64,000 bases of DNA from the NCBI GenBank assembly GCA_963810095.1, contig CAWEMM010000011.1, positions 96,001-160,000 on the forward strand, given 5' to 3'. The notes under the pieces were generated by a model. The model was not told where the DNA came from, did not search any database, and worked only from the letters and a program-made list of their open reading frames with translations. The position numbers and the translations under genes were made by a program. The DNA comes from an uncultured Chloroflexia bacterium. Lineage in GTDB: Bacteria; Chloroflexota; Anaerolineae; CG2-30-64-16. Of this stretch, positions 52,307-63,172 are shown in pieces (position 1 is the stretch's first letter; the number at the start of each line of letters is the position of its first letter).

Positions 52307-55300
52307 CTAGCGCTGAATCAAAGGCAGATAGAGCCGCGTCAGGTCCCCATTGAAGACCGAATTGCTGCGCGATTGATAGCTGCCGCCATCGAAAGACCAG
52401 TACGCATAGGCGCCCCGATTTAGAACGCTGACGGAATTCCCCACGGCTCGCGGCGCAGCACCCGCAGGCAGCGGGAGATAGATGTCAGGCACCGGCGGAG
52501 CGAGCGGCGTCTCGGGCGTAGGAGTGTCGGTATCGACCGGCGCCGGCACAGGCGTATCCGTCGGCGTGAGCGTATACGTGGCAGTTGGCGGCTCAGGCGT
52601 GTCGGTCGGCGTGAGCGTGTACGTGGCAGTTGGCGGCACAGGCGTGTCCGTCGGCGTCCACGTCGGTGTCCAGGTGGCAGTGTCCGTTGGCGTCCACGTC
52701 GGTGTCGACGTAGCAGTGTCGGTCGGCGTCCAAGTAGGCGTCCACGTCGGTGTCCAGGTGGCGGTGTCAGTGGGCGTCCAAGTGGGCGTATGGGTGGGCG
52801 TGGGCGTATTCGTCGGGGTGTTGGTCGGCGTGTTGGATGGCGTACTCGTCGGTGTGTAAGTAGGTGTGTTGGTTGGCGTATTGGTCGGCGTCGGCGTCCA
52901 TGCAAGGTAATTCGCAGTGACCGTTACGTCCAGCGTGGACGGCGTGAAGGAAGTCGCCGGCGAAGTGCTGCCCCCAAGACTGCCCGAGGTTGCGGTCCAG
53001 TTATTGAAGTTGAAACCCGTGTTGACCGAGGCCGATATCGCGATCGCGACGCCCGGCTGATACTTCGTGCCGCCGCCGGGGCAGTTGGGCGCACCCACGC
53101 TCACGACACCCGCGCCGAGGGGCGACACCGCCGTCGTCACCGCGACGCATGCCTGGAAGTTCGCTGTGACGCTCTTGTTCGCGCTCATCGAAACGCCGGT
53201 TGGATTCGCGGAGCCGGTAACGTCGCCGCTCCAGCTGCTGAACCCATAGTCCGTCGCAGGGCTGGCCGTCAGTTGCACGAACGTGTTCGGCACATATTTC
53301 GTGCCGCCCTTGCAATTGGGCGCCGGCGCTGCCCCCACCGTCCCTGACCCGCTCGGGCTTACACCCTTGCTGAGGGAATAGCACCCCGCGAAGCGGGCGG
53401 TCAGGCTCTTCTCGCCGTCCATGGTAATCGTGATCGGATTGGCCCGGCTGTCCTGGCTAAGCGGCACGTCGCCGCTCCAGTAGTCGAAGGCGTAATCGTT
53501 CTCGGGCGCAGCCGTGAGCTGGACGACCGTGCCGTACTTGTATTGGCCGGCGGCAGTCGTGCAGTTCGGGGCAACGTTCGCGCTGATCGTGCCCGCACCG
53601 GCCGGCAACACTCCGGACGTGAGCGTAAAGCACGCGTCGATGAAGTTCGCCTGGACCGCCTTGTCCGCGTTCATCGTGATCGTGGTCGGATTTGCCGTGC
53701 CGGTGACGTCGCCGCTCCATTGGTCAAACACGTAGCCGGTGTTCGCGCTGGCGGTCAACGCCACACTCGTGCCCGGCAGGTAACGGTCGCCTCCGCAGTT
53801 CGGCGCGGGGCTCTTCCCGATGGACCCGGCGCCAAACGGACTCGGCGCAGCCGAGAGGATCTTGCACGTATCGTAGTTAGCCGTTACGGTCGAATTCGCC
53901 GTGCCCAGCGTCAGGGTGGTATTGGGCGAGGTGGGTGCGGCCACGCTCCCGCTGCTCGCAGACCACTGCTTGAACACATCGTAGGCGCTGGACGAGCTCG
54001 TGCTGATGTTTACCGTGCTGTTTGGCGCGTATTTCGTGCCGCCGCCGGGGCAGTTAGGCGCGCTATCCACCTTCGCCGTTGCACCGGTTCCGCCCGAAGT
54101 CGCTACGGTGACCCCAACGCACGAGAGGAAGTTGGCGGTGACTGTCTTCGCGGCATCCATCGTCACGCTTGTAGGGTTGGCGGAGACCGACGAGACCGGC
54201 CCGCTCCAATCCTTGAATGCGAAGTCGATCGCGGGCGCAGCCGTGAGGTTCACGACGGTACCCGGGTTGTACATGTTCGTGCCGCCACCCTGGCAGTTCG
54301 GCGCGACGTCACGGTTGACCGCGCCGCCGCCGGCTGGGTTCGATTGCGTCGTCAGGGGAAAGCATGCTGTGAAGTTCGCCGTGACGCTCTTGTTCGCCGT
54401 CATACTGACCGTGACAGGGCTCACGGCGCCGCTCGCATCACCCGTCCAACTGCTGAACTTGTAGCCCGACGCCGGGTTGGCCGTGAGGCTAACGTTCGTC
54501 CCATAGGTGTACTTAGTCGCGTCGGCCGCGCAATTGGGCGCAGGCAACGGCACAACCGCGCCACTGCTCGCCGGGCTCACCGTAGTCGCCAGGCTGAAGC
54601 ACGAGATCTCGAAGAGCGCCGTGACGTTCTTGTTCGCGTCCATCGTGATCGTGACGGGGTTCTTCTTTTGATCCGCAGTCGGAACGTCGCCGCTCCACTG
54701 TTGGAAGGTCTTGCCTGTCACCGGCACCGCCTCGAGGGTCACCGCGGTCCCGGGCAGATAGCGGTCCACACCGCAGTTCGGCGCGGTCTTTACCGAGACA
54801 GAACCGTCAGCCGCAGGCTGAGCCGCGGTCGTCAACGTCTTGCACTCGTCGTAGTTAGCGGTGGCCTTGGCATCAGTCGTGCCCAACGAAAGCGTCGTGT
54901 TCTGGGCGGTGGCGCTGCCGAGCGACCCGCTTGTCGTGGTCCAGTTCTTAAAGAGGAAGTACGCGCTTGCCGGGCTGGTGGTGATGTTCACCTGCGTGTT
55001 GGGCTTGTACTTGGTGCCGCCCTGGCAGTTCGGCGCAGTCGTCACGCTTGAGGTGCCGCCGCCGGTCGGATTGATCGCCGTGGACGCAGCGACACACGCT
55101 TCGAAATCCGCCGTCACCGACCGAGCCGCACTCATGGTCACCGAGGCCGGGCTGGTGCTGCCGGTGACGTCCCCGCTCCAGCTCTTGAAGTTCCAGTTGC
55201 TCGCCGGGCTCGCCGTCAGGTTAACGACCGTGCCCGGGTTGTACAGGTTCGCGCCCCCGCCCTGACAGTTCGGCGCGACGCTGGCGCTCACGGTGCCCGA

Positions 55301-57556
55301 CCCACTCGGCGCGCTGCTGGTGGTCAGGGGGAAGCAGCCTGTGAAGTTGGCAGTAACAGACCGGTCACCGTTCAGCGTCAGCGACACCGGGTTGGTGGGG
55401 CCGGCGGCATCTCCGTTCCAATCGACAAACTGGTAGCCGGTTGCGGGCTGCGCCTGCAGCTGGAGCTGTGAGCCGATGTTGTACAGGTTCTGTCCGTTGG
55501 CGCCGCCCTGGCAGTTCGGCGCGGGGCTGATCGACACGTTGCCACTGCTGCTGGGCGCAACTGATGCGCTGAGCAGCGAGCAGGCGCGGGTGCCGAAGTT
55601 CTCGACCACCGAGCAACCCTTGAGCGCAGCCGTGACGCTCGTCGGCGACGTGGCGGAGTAACCCGTGGGCAGTTCGTAACTGACCTGGTAGTCGCCGAGC
55701 TGCAGGCCCGTGAACTGGTAGTATCCGGAGCTCAAAGTCGTGGCCGGCGCACTGGCCTGCGAGCCGTTCTTGGTCAGCCGCACGGTGACGCCGGCCACGC
55801 CGGCCTCGCCGACGTCTCTCACCATGTTCGCGTTGGCGTCCAGGAACACGTACCCTTCGACCTTGCCGGTCGAGCAGGTGATCGCGGTTCCGGTGGAAGT
55901 CGCCGTCGACGTCTGCGTGCCGGTCGCAGTGGTCGATGCAGTGGGCGTGCTCGATGCACGCACCGTCGGGGTCACGGATGGGGTCGAGGTGGCAGTCCCG
56001 GTCTGCGTGGCCGTGGGACTGGGTCCCGGTGTTGCCGTCAATGTACGCGTGGCGGTCGGCGACTGGGTGGCCGTGGGCGTGGCGGTGGGAAGCGGCGCAA
56101 CGACCTTGTACCCAACCGTGTCCGCCGAGCCGGTCGTCAGGTCGCCCAGCGACCACGTGATCACTCGGCCATCGACTGTGGCTCGACTTGCCGGGAAGAT
56201 CGAACCCGGTACAAGTTCTACGTTGGACGGGACGGCATTCGTGATGACCGCGTTGGTGGCGATGCCCGCACCCAGCACTTGGTAGTCGATGAAGTAGCTG
56301 ATCTGGTCGCCCGGATTGATGGGGCCGTCGGGCGAAGACCACAGCGACAAGGCGATGCGGGGACCGACGGGCGTGTTTGTCACGGTCGGCGTCGAGGTGG
56401 GGGCCACGGTGTCGGTGGGTTGCGGTGTGTCACTTGGCGTAGGCGTAGGGGTGCGCGGGATCGTGACCGCAGCCCACAGACCGTCGTTCGTGCCTGCCAG
56501 GAGCCGGTTGTACGCCGCCCACCGGACCAGGTAAATCTTGCGCCCGGGCTCGCCAAGCCCATCAAACATCCATTGCCCGTCTTCGTAGCGATACATGCCC
56601 GAATCGCGGGTCCCTGCATAAAGTGCGAGGTCCCAGCCCTGGCTGACGGTATAGATCGACGACGGCCCGCCGAGCGGCGCCCAGGTCGCACCGCCATCCT
56701 TGCTCGAGAAAACGCCCCCGGAGTTCGTGCCCGCCCAAATCTCTCCTGATCCGGACCGGTCGTACGCGAAATCGTATACGCCGTACCCAACCAGGCCGGC
56801 CGGCTGCCAGACCTTGCCGCCATCGTAGGAAACGTAGGCGCCGTTGACCGTTCCCAACCCGACGATGCCGGGAACCGCGAAGAGGGTCAGTATCTTGCGG
56901 TCGTTCGCGCCGGTGCGGATGCCCGTATTGGCTGGGGTCCAATTAGCGCCTTCGTTCGTGGTACGGAAGATGCCCTGATCGTACGTGCCGACCAACGCCA
57001 CGTTCTGCGCATCGCAGGAGACCGCCGAAATATACAGCTGGGTGAGCCCCGTGTTCACCTGCGTCCACTGCCCCAGCTGCGGATCGTGACGAAACACGCC
57101 GCCGCCCCACGTGCCAGCGTAGATCTTGCCGGAAGGACAGACGGCGAAGGCTTGTATGCTCCGGTTGGTCAGGCCGATCGTGCTCATCTGGATCCACGAC
57201 TGGCCCGCGTCCTGGCTGCGGAAAAGCCCCACGCCATCAATGGCCGCGAAGGTGAAGTTGGGGCTCGATTGGATCACGACGATCCAGCGCACGTCGCCGA
57301 AGCTGTTGGGCGTCTTGCTCCAGCCTGTCGATTGGGTCCCGGCCGGGCTCGCTGCGGGACCAGGTCCAGCGCTCCAGCCGCGCGGAGGCTCGGGCGCGCC
57401 ATCCGGCACGCTGGCGGGGGCTGCAGGCGTGGAGGCGTCCTGAGCACTGACCGCGGCGGCTGGCAGCAGCGAGGTGAGCAGCGCGACGAGCATGATGAGC
57501 GCCAAAAGCGTTCTGTTCGGCGCTTGTGCTCGCTTCCCGGAACTGGACCGAAACAT
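52307..57556 (-). CDS. Giant surface protein/adhesin (~1750 aa): signal peptide, BNR-type beta-propeller, DUF11, SdrD B-like, 11 InlB-B/Flg_new-like repeats, Pro/Thr stalk, C-terminal LYLPLIQR
   Basis: RBS ggagga before ATG 57556. SxDGGxxW (Asp-box) repeats; PGDQISY..WSLGDL; VFLDANAN; repeated P..GY.F..W.GD...T..M......TANF units. Confidence 0.88.
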   Translation of the reverse strand: MFRSSSGKRAQAPNRTLLALIMLVALLTSLLPAAAVSAQDASTPAAPASVPDGAPEPPRGWSAGPGPAASPAGTQSTGWSKTPNSFGDVRWIVVIQSSPNFTFAAIDGVGLFRSQDAGQSWIQMSTIGLTNRSIQAFAVCPSGKIYAGTWGGGVFRHDPQLGQWTQVNTGLTQLYISAVSCDAQNVALVGTYDQGIFRTTNEGANWTPANTGIRTGANDRKILTLFAVPGIVGLGTVNGAYVSYDGGKVWQPAGLVGYGVYDFAYDRSGSGEIWAGTNSGGVFSSKDGGATWAPLGGPSSIYTVSQGWDLALYAGTRDSGMYRYEDGQWMFDGLGEPGRKIYLVRWAAYNRLLAGTNDGLWAAVTIPRTPTPTPSDTPQPTDTVAPTSTPTVTNTPVGPRIALSLWSSPDGPINPGDQISYFIDYQVLGAGIATNAVITNAVPSNVELVPGSIFPASRATVDGRVITWSLGDLTTGSADTVGYKVVAPLPTATPTATQSPTATRTLTATPGPSPTATQTGTATSTPSVTPTVRASSTPTASTTATGTQTSTATSTGTAITCSTGKVEGYVFLDANANMVRDVGEAGVAGVTVRLTKNGSQASAPATTLSSGYYQFTGLQLGDYQVSYELPTGYSATSPTSVTAALKGCSVVENFGTRACSLLSASVAPSSSGNVSISPAPNCQGGANGQNLYNIGSQLQLQAQPATGYQFVDWNGDAAGPTNPVSLTLNGDRSVTANFTGCFPLTTSSAPSGSGTVSASVAPNCQGGGANLYNPGTVVNLTASPASNWNFKSWSGDVTGSTSPASVTMSAARSVTADFEACVAASTAINPTGGGTSSVTTAPNCQGGTKYKPNTQVNITTSPASAYFLFKNWTTTSGSLGSATAQNTTLSLGTTDAKATANYDECKTLTTAAQPAADGSVSVKTAPNCGVDRYLPGTAVTLEAVPVTGKTFQQWSGDVPTADQKKNPVTITMDANKNVTALFEISCFSLATTVSPASSGAVVPLPAPNCAADATKYTYGTNVSLTANPASGYKFSSWTGDASGAVSPVTVSMTANKSVTANFTACFPLTTQSNPAGGGAVNRDVAPNCQGGGTNMYNPGTVVNLTAAPAIDFAFKDWSGPVSSVSANPTSVTMDAAKTVTANFLSCVGVTVATSGGTGATAKVDSAPNCPGGGTKYAPNSTVNISTSSSSAYDVFKQWSASSGSVAAPTSPNTTLTLGTANSTVTANYDTCKILSAAPSPFGAGSIGKSPAPNCGGDRYLPGTSVALTASANTGYVFDQWSGDVTGTANPTTITMNADKAVQANFIDACFTLTSGVLPAGAGTISANVAPNCTTAAGQYKYGTVVQLTAAPENDYAFDYWSGDVPLSQDSRANPITITMDGEKSLTARFAGCYSLSKGVSPSGSGTVGAAPAPNCKGGTKYVPNTFVQLTASPATDYGFSSWSGDVTGSANPTGVSMSANKSVTANFQACVAVTTAVSPLGAGVVSVGAPNCPGGGTKYQPGVAIAISASVNTGFNFNNWTATSGSLGGSTSPATSFTPSTLDVTVTANYLAWTPTPTNTPTNTPTYTPTSTPSNTPTNTPTNTPTPTHTPTWTPTDTATWTPTWTPTWTPTDTATSTPTWTPTDTATWTPTWTPTDTPVPPTATYTLTPTDTPEPPTATYTLTPTDTPVPAPVDTDTPTPETPLAPPVPDIYLPLPAGAAPRAVGNSVSVLNRGAYAYWSFDGGSYQSRSNSVFNGDLTRLYLPLIQR
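52510..52900 (-). repeat. Low-complexity Pro/Thr repeat (TPTW/TPTN/TPTD) including a duplicated [15 protein letters not shown] unit
   Basis: Direct translation of ORF 52307..57568. Confidence 0.85.
52900..55585 (-). repeat. Eleven ~80-aa tandem Cys-paired beta-grasp (InlB B-like) repeats
   Basis: Each unit starts with Cys, contains APNC and F..W, and ends with a T/Q-A-x-F/Y-type strand. Confidence 0.85.
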
Positions 57557-57626
57557 GGGCTCCTCCAATAATCTCTACAACGACTGCATGCTCCGACCGC
57601 CACCCCTCGGGAGGACGGCGCGGCCA

Positions 57627-59597
57627 TTACTTAGTCTTCGGCGGCACGGGCACGGGCGTCGGCGTGAGCCCGCCCCAAACAAGCAGCCGGGCGCCCTCGG
57701 TGGTGGGCTGCGTCAGCCGCGCATAGGGATCTTTACGAACCACCAGGACCGTCCAATACAGACGATCGCCGCTTAACTGGCCCGTCGAAGCCATCGAGTC
57801 GATATTCACCTTCGCCTGATTCTTCGTCGTAACCGGTGCAAGGCCGCGGGCGTCGGCAGGCGTCTGGTCGGGGCTCCAGTAGACCACCTCGTACGCCGCG
57901 CCGGCCGGCAATGGACCCGCAGGCTGCCAACGGAAGACAACCGCCTCGTTCAAGCTCACGTTATCTTTTGGATCCAGAAGCACGGGCGGCGCGACTGCCG
58001 CGGGCGCTGCAGTCGCCGGTGGCGGCACCTTGGCCGTGGCCGCCGGCTTCGCGCCTGAAGTCTTTGGCGCAGCCGCCGTGCCCGGCGTGGTCGGCGTAAT
58101 CGTTGCTGTCGGCGCGACCGTCGCCGTCGGCGGCACAGGGGTCGCAGTCGGCGTCAAGGTGGGGGTCGACGTACGTGTCGGCGGCCTCTCGGCAATCCGG
58201 GTCGCCGTGTCCCCGGTCACCTGCCCCGTTCCGCTGCCCGGCTCGACCATGACCTTGGCCGTCATGTTCCACAACAGGCGGTCGTCCGTCCGGTCTGGCG
58301 CAAGATAGACGGTGTACGTAATATCGCCCTGGGTGTTCTGGCCGATGCTCCGGACGCGTGTAACTTGTGCCGGCAGCTCCAGGTCGGGAATCGCATCAAA
58401 GGCGACGATCGCTCGGTCGCCCGGCCGGACGCCGACGACGCGCAGTTCGGTCAAGTCACGCGTTTCGATCAGCCAGGAAGAGAAGTCAGCGAGCTGGACG
58501 GCGGGGGCGGTCGGTCCCACCTGCTGCCCGATGGATACGTCGACCGACGCGATCTGCCCCGCAAACGGCGCCCTGAGCTCGGTCTCCCCCAGCCCGGCCT
58601 GAGCCTGCTGCAGCTGCGCGTGGGCCGCGGCCAGATCCGCTTCGGCCGCCAGCAGCTCTTCGGCCTGCGGACCGGCCAAGAACAGCTCGAGTTTGGCCCT
58701 GGCCTGGCGCACGTCGGCCTCGGCCGCCGCGACGTCGGAGGGCCGCGGTGGTGCCAGCCTACCCTGCAGCTCAGCCCGCGCCCGGTCCACCTGGGCCTTC
58801 GCGTTGGCGATGTCTGCGGGGTTGGGACCGCGTTTCGCGCTCTCATACCGCGCCTTCGCCGCGTCGTACTCATTGGTACGCTGCTGCAAAGCCAGGGCCT
58901 GCGGACTCATGCCGGCCATGGGATATTCGCCGATGCGGTCGTACTCGCTCTGGGCCATCTGCACCTTAGCCGCGGCATTGTCCATGTCGGCCTTAGCCGC
59001 CGCAATGTCGTTCGGATTCGCCGGCGTCTGGGCCTTTTGCAGCACGGCTTCGGCCTGGGCGACGTTGGCCCGGGCGGCTGCAACGTCCGCCTCGCCTGGA
59101 CCGGCCTTCAAGGAGTCGACGCGCGCCTGGGCCGCATCGACGGCAGCCCGGGCGCCGTCGATCTCCTGGCTACGTGACCCGGCCCGCACCTGGCTAAGCC
59201 GCGCTTCGGCGCGCTTGACGTCCGCTTCGGCCTGGGCGACGCTGGCCTGCTGGCGCGCGCTGCCCAGCCGAACCAGCACCTGGTCCATCTCGACGCGGTC
59301 ACCCTCTGCCACCAGCACCTCGTCGACCGTCCCCGTTGTGCCAAAACGCAGATCCGAGCTTCGAATCGGGATGACGTGCCCGTCGGCAATGATACGGTCG
59401 TCTGCCTTGACTGCCGGAAGCGGCGTTGGCGCGGCCGCAGGGGGCTGGGCGTTGCACGCAGTCAACAGCACAAGCAAGGGCAAGCAAAGCAGAGCGTTCC
59501 ACGGGCGCCGGCGGCGATCCGAAGCGTCATGGATCTGCCTGCGCGGCGTATCTTTCTGCGTCATCTGCGTTCTATTCAGTAATGCGGCTGGACGCAT
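57627..59597 (-). CDS. HlyD/MacA-family membrane-fusion (efflux adaptor) lipoprotein with extra C-terminal Pro/Thr linker and Ig-like domain
   Basis: Lipobox LLTAC; GTVDEVLVAEGDRV and LRAPFAGQIASVDV (lipoyl halves); long Ala/Gln coiled coil; LLWNMTAKV; then PT linker and FRWQP..YEVVYW..YWTVLVV. RBS aaggga before ATG 59597. Confidence 0.88.
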   Translation of the reverse strand: MRPAALLNRTQMTQKDTPRRQIHDASDRRRRPWNALLCLPLLVLLTACNAQPPAAAPTPLPAVKADDRIIADGHVIPIRSSDLRFGTTGTVDEVLVAEGDRVEMDQVLVRLGSARQQASVAQAEADVKRAEARLSQVRAGSRSQEIDGARAAVDAAQARVDSLKAGPGEADVAAARANVAQAEAVLQKAQTPANPNDIAAAKADMDNAAAKVQMAQSEYDRIGEYPMAGMSPQALALQQRTNEYDAAKARYESAKRGPNPADIANAKAQVDRARAELQGRLAPPRPSDVAAAEADVRQARAKLELFLAGPQAEELLAAEADLAAAHAQLQQAQAGLGETELRAPFAGQIASVDVSIGQQVGPTAPAVQLADFSSWLIETRDLTELRVVGVRPGDRAIVAFDAIPDLELPAQVTRVRSIGQNTQGDITYTVYLAPDRTDDRLLWNMTAKVMVEPGSGTGQVTGDTATRIAERPPTRTSTPTLTPTATPVPPTATVAPTATITPTTPGTAAAPKTSGAKPAATAKVPPPATAAPAAVAPPVLLDPKDNVSLNEAVVFRWQPAGPLPAGAAYEVVYWSPDQTPADARGLAPVTTKNQAKVNIDSMASTGQLSGDRLYWTVLVVRKDPYARLTQPTTEGARLLVWGGLTPTPVPVPPKTK

Positions 59598-59608
59598 GTA
59601 CGTTCCCT

Positions 59609-62007
59609 TTACTCGTAGGCCAGCACCTCGCGCACGCTGAGGCGCGAGGCGTTGCGCGCGGGCCACAGGCTCGCAACGGCGGCTAGCAGTAAAACTGCAG
59701 CTAGCCAAATGAACGCGCCGGGTGCGGAGAAGCTGTAGCTGAGCGGCGTGCGCAGAAAGGCGATGCCGACCGCGTTGCTCAGGAAGCGACTCAGGGGCAG
59801 CGCGAGAAGCAGGCCCGCGGACCAACTCAGCACTCCAATCAACGCACCTTCGCCAATAACGATTCCCCGAATTGCAGCGCCCGTTGCGCCGACCGCGCGC
59901 ATCACGCCGATTTCACGCGTACGTTCGAGTACGTTAATGCTCATCGTTCCGGCCAGACCGAGCGCACCTACGACGGCAATCAGCACGGCCATGATCAGGA
60001 GAAACACCACGATGACGTTGAATTGGTTGACTGTGGCCGCCCGCAACTGGCCGATCGTCTGAGTCGAACTGACCCGTAGCCCCGCGGCCTCGAACCGTTG
60101 CTCCAGCGCCCGGGCGAGCTGCATCTGCCCTTGCAGTGTGGCGGCGGGCGCGACTACTTGCACGCTGCCGGCCCGATCGACATTGCGCGCAACCCGCGTA
60201 AAGTACGGATAATTGGCATACACCGTGGGGCCCGAGAGCACCCCTCGGATAATGCCAACGACCGTCCACGTCGTCGGCCGGCCGTCCATCTGCAGCTCGA
60301 TCTGCTGGCCGATGCGAACGTCTGGCTCCTGTTGTAGAAAATCGGTATTGATGACGACCGCGTTCTCGTCATCGTCGAGCAGCCAGCGCCCCCGCCAGAC
60401 GTCAGGCTGCAGGAGTTTTGTGTCCGCCGCGGTGCGATGAGGACGTAGCCTTCGCTCTCGGTGCCGTCGGGGCGCTCGCGGCGGACACTCTGGTATCCCC
60501 AGGTTTCCGCGGCCAGAACGCCAGGCACGGACCGGGCCTGCTGTTCGATGTCGTCGACGCGGTAGGGGCGATTGAAGACAACCCCCACGTCATATTGCCA
60601 GTACTTGAGCGCGTCGTCAAGTGTTAGCAGCAGCGACGCGCGCACGCTGAACACCGACATGAAGATGGCGCTCCCCAAGCTGAGGGTGATCAGCGTGAGC
60701 GCCAGCCTCCGCTTGCGCCGGAATGTGTTGCGGAGCGACAGCACGAGCGGCCGCGAGAGGAACCGGATGGCCGACAGGATGCGGTCGACCGGCCCACGCC
60801 CGAACCCCCCTCCCGACAGGCCGTAGTTCGTGATGGCCTCGCGCACCGTGATGCGCGCACCCCCGCGTACCGGGCCGATGGCGGCTGCCAGGGGCACCAG
60901 TAGGGCCGCAGCAGCCTGGATGCCGAACACCCAGAGTGGCACCTGGAAGCCCTTCAAGTCAAAGTTGACCAGCCGGGCGAGGAAGCTCACGATTGCCCGC
61001 GCGGCCAGCATGCTGAGCGGCACCGCGATGGCAAGGGCGACGAGACCCAGCGCCAACACCATCGTAAGGTACATGCCCGAGAGCTGCGCCGACGTCGCGC
61101 CCACCGCCTTCATAACGCCAATCTGCCGCACCTGCTGCGCCAGCAGCGCCGAAATGGTGTTGACGATCAGGAAAGCGCTGAGAATGAGGGTCAGGACGCC
61201 CAGCGCGGTCAACAACATGACCATCGGTTCGACGAACCGTTGGAAGGGGTGGCGGCCCGGCGTGGGCACTTCGGTGTAGTAGACGCGGCGCCCGCTCTTC
61301 TCGATCTTGTAGCGCACATCCTGCGTCACGTCGAGAATGTGCTCCCGGTCGAGCTTGCCGTGCTTGACGACAAACTGGAGCTCGTTAAAGCTGTTTGGCG
61401 CGCCCAGCCACTCCAACGTGCCAGGGCTAATATAGGCATAGACGCGGTTGGAGAACGTCGGCGAGGGCAGCGTCGCGTCGTGCACCGTCCCGGTCACCTT
61501 CAGCTCGCGCTCGCTGTCGTTCGGCATCCGGATCGTGATCGTGTCGCCGACGGTGGCGCCTGCCAGGGCGAGCGCACCCCGCTCGATGAGGATATCGCGA
61601 TCGGCGGGCGGGTACGCGCCCACCTCGGGGGTGATCCGGTCGATCTGCATCGACTCGTAATCGGGGATGGCGAAGAGCGTGATGTCGCGCCATTGGGGTT
61701 CGCCAGACTCGGTTCCCTTGACCTGGACGCGAGCGCTGACGGTGCGCCGTCCCTCGGCCTCGCCCACGCCCGACAGATTCCGGATGGTCTGCACCAACTC
61801 GTCGTCAAACGGATCGGAGACGATGCTTGCGCTGGCCGGGTTGGCCGCGTTGTAGCCTGCGGGCAGGTCACGGGAGATGATGGCATAGCTCGCGCCGATA
61901 ATCCCCAGGGCAGCCACGCCCACGGCAATAGAGAGGACCACGAGGAGGGTGCGCGCCCGGTTGCCCCAGAGATCGCGAAGCACCTTGCGCCAGCGGGGCG
62001 CGATCAT
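59609..62007 (-). CDS. MacB/FtsX-type ABC permease (two FtsX halves); 1-bp deletion at ~60430
   Basis: [54 protein letters not shown]. Adding one base at ~60430 joins ORFs 60154..62007 and 59609..60289 via [18 protein letters not shown]. Confidence 0.9.
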
Positions 62008-62840
62008 GCGCCGGTCTCCGCCGGGGCTGCTGCCGCCGCCAGCTCCCCGGGGGTCTGGCCCGAGTCGTCAAGGGCAACAAACTGGCCGTCGGCGATGCGG
62101 AGGGTCCGCGTGACGCGCTGTGAAAGGTCGCGATCGTGGGTCACCATGACCACGGTCTTGCCGCCGGCGACCGCCTCGGTGAAGAGATGAAAGACCGCCT
62201 CCGCGGTGCGCGAGTCGAGGTTGCCCGTCGGCTCGTCGGCGATCAGGATAGGCGGGTCGTTGGCCAGCGCCCGGGCAATGGCGACGCGCTGCTGTTCGCC
62301 GCCCGAAAGGGTCGTAGGCAGCTTGTCGGCATGGCGCGACATCTCGACGCGATCGAGGAGGGCCAGCGCACGCTTACGCCGCTCGCGCACCGGATAGGTG
62401 TTGCAGAAATCCATCGGCAGCATGACGTTTTCCGCCACGCTGAGCATGGGCAGGAGCTGGAAAAACTGGAAGACGAGCCCGACGTTGCGCCCCCGCCAGA
62501 CCGCCATCTTCTCTTCGTTAAGGGTGTGCACCGCGGTATCGCCGATGTAGATTTCCCCCGAGGTTGGCCGGTCGATACCCGTCAGCATGTTGATGAGCGT
62601 CGACTTGCCCGAGCCGGATTTGCCGACAATCGCAAGGAACTCGCCGGGGTTGACGCACAGGTCGACACCCCTGAGGGCCATGAAGCTGGCTCCCGCTTCG
62701 CCCGCCCGCGGCCCAAGCGCAAATGTCTTGACGACGTTGCGCACCTCGATGAGGTGGGTGTTGCCATAGCGATAGTGCGGGCCAGCGCCGGCCGCGTCGC
62801 CCTGCGCGCTCGCTGCAGGCTGCCGGGAGTTACGTCGCAC
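62004..62840 (-). CDS. ABC transporter ATP-binding protein (LolD/MacB type)
   Basis: Walker [44 protein letters not shown] start after gaggag. Confidence 0.95.
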   Translation of the reverse strand: MRRNSRQPAASAQGDAAGAGPHYRYGNTHLIEVRNVVKTFALGPRAGEAGASFMALRGVDLCVNPGEFLAIVGKSGSGKSTLINMLTGIDRPTSGEIYIGDTAVHTLNEEKMAVWRGRNVGLVFQFFQLLPMLSVAENVMLPMDFCNTYPVRERRKRALALLDRVEMSRHADKLPTTLSGGEQQRVAIARALANDPPILIADEPTGNLDSRTAEAVFHLFTEAVAGGKTVVMVTHDRDLSQRVTRTLRIADGQFVALDDSGQTPGELAAAAAPAETGA

Positions 62841-63052
62841 GAGGATCTCCTCGATCTCGGATCAGAACTGCGCCTGCGGCGCCGGTCGCGCAACAGCGCG
62901 GAGTCGGCCCGCCTTTGGGAACACGATCGGATTTCGGATGTGCCGGTCGCTTGCGCTGGCTGGAGCTCGCCACCACTGGGCACGGGAGACGGTCCGGGGA
63001 TTATGCGGCCGCCGAGCGCGCGCCAGAGCCCACGGGACCTGGCAGCCACGGA

Positions 63053-63061
63053 AGTATACCA
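63053..63061 (-). promoter_or_regulatory. Extended -10 element TGGTATACT for the ABC/surface-protein operon
   Basis: Reverse complement of agtatacca; matches the TGn-TATAcT pattern; about 210 bp upstream of the ATPase start. Confidence 0.5.
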
Positions 63062-63143
63062 TAGGTGAGATTGGAGGGCGAAGTTCGGCGGTCAGATTCT
63101 ATTGGCAGGGCCGGGCAGACCTGATGAAAAACTCGCCGTGTGG

Positions 63144-63152
63144 TGGTATACT
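63144..63152 (+). promoter_or_regulatory. Extended -10 element TGGTATACT for the URO-D-family gene
   Basis: tggtatact 20 bp upstream of ATG 63173; weak -35 (atgaaa) at 17-bp spacing; RBS ggagg. Confidence 0.55.
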
Positions 63153-63172
63153 GCGGTCTGACGGAGGCGCCC

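Noticed and set aside
52510-52900. CRISPR-like periodicity
   Set aside because: The repeats are codon-level Pro/Thr repeats within an ORF, with no constant repeat plus unique spacers and no cas genes.
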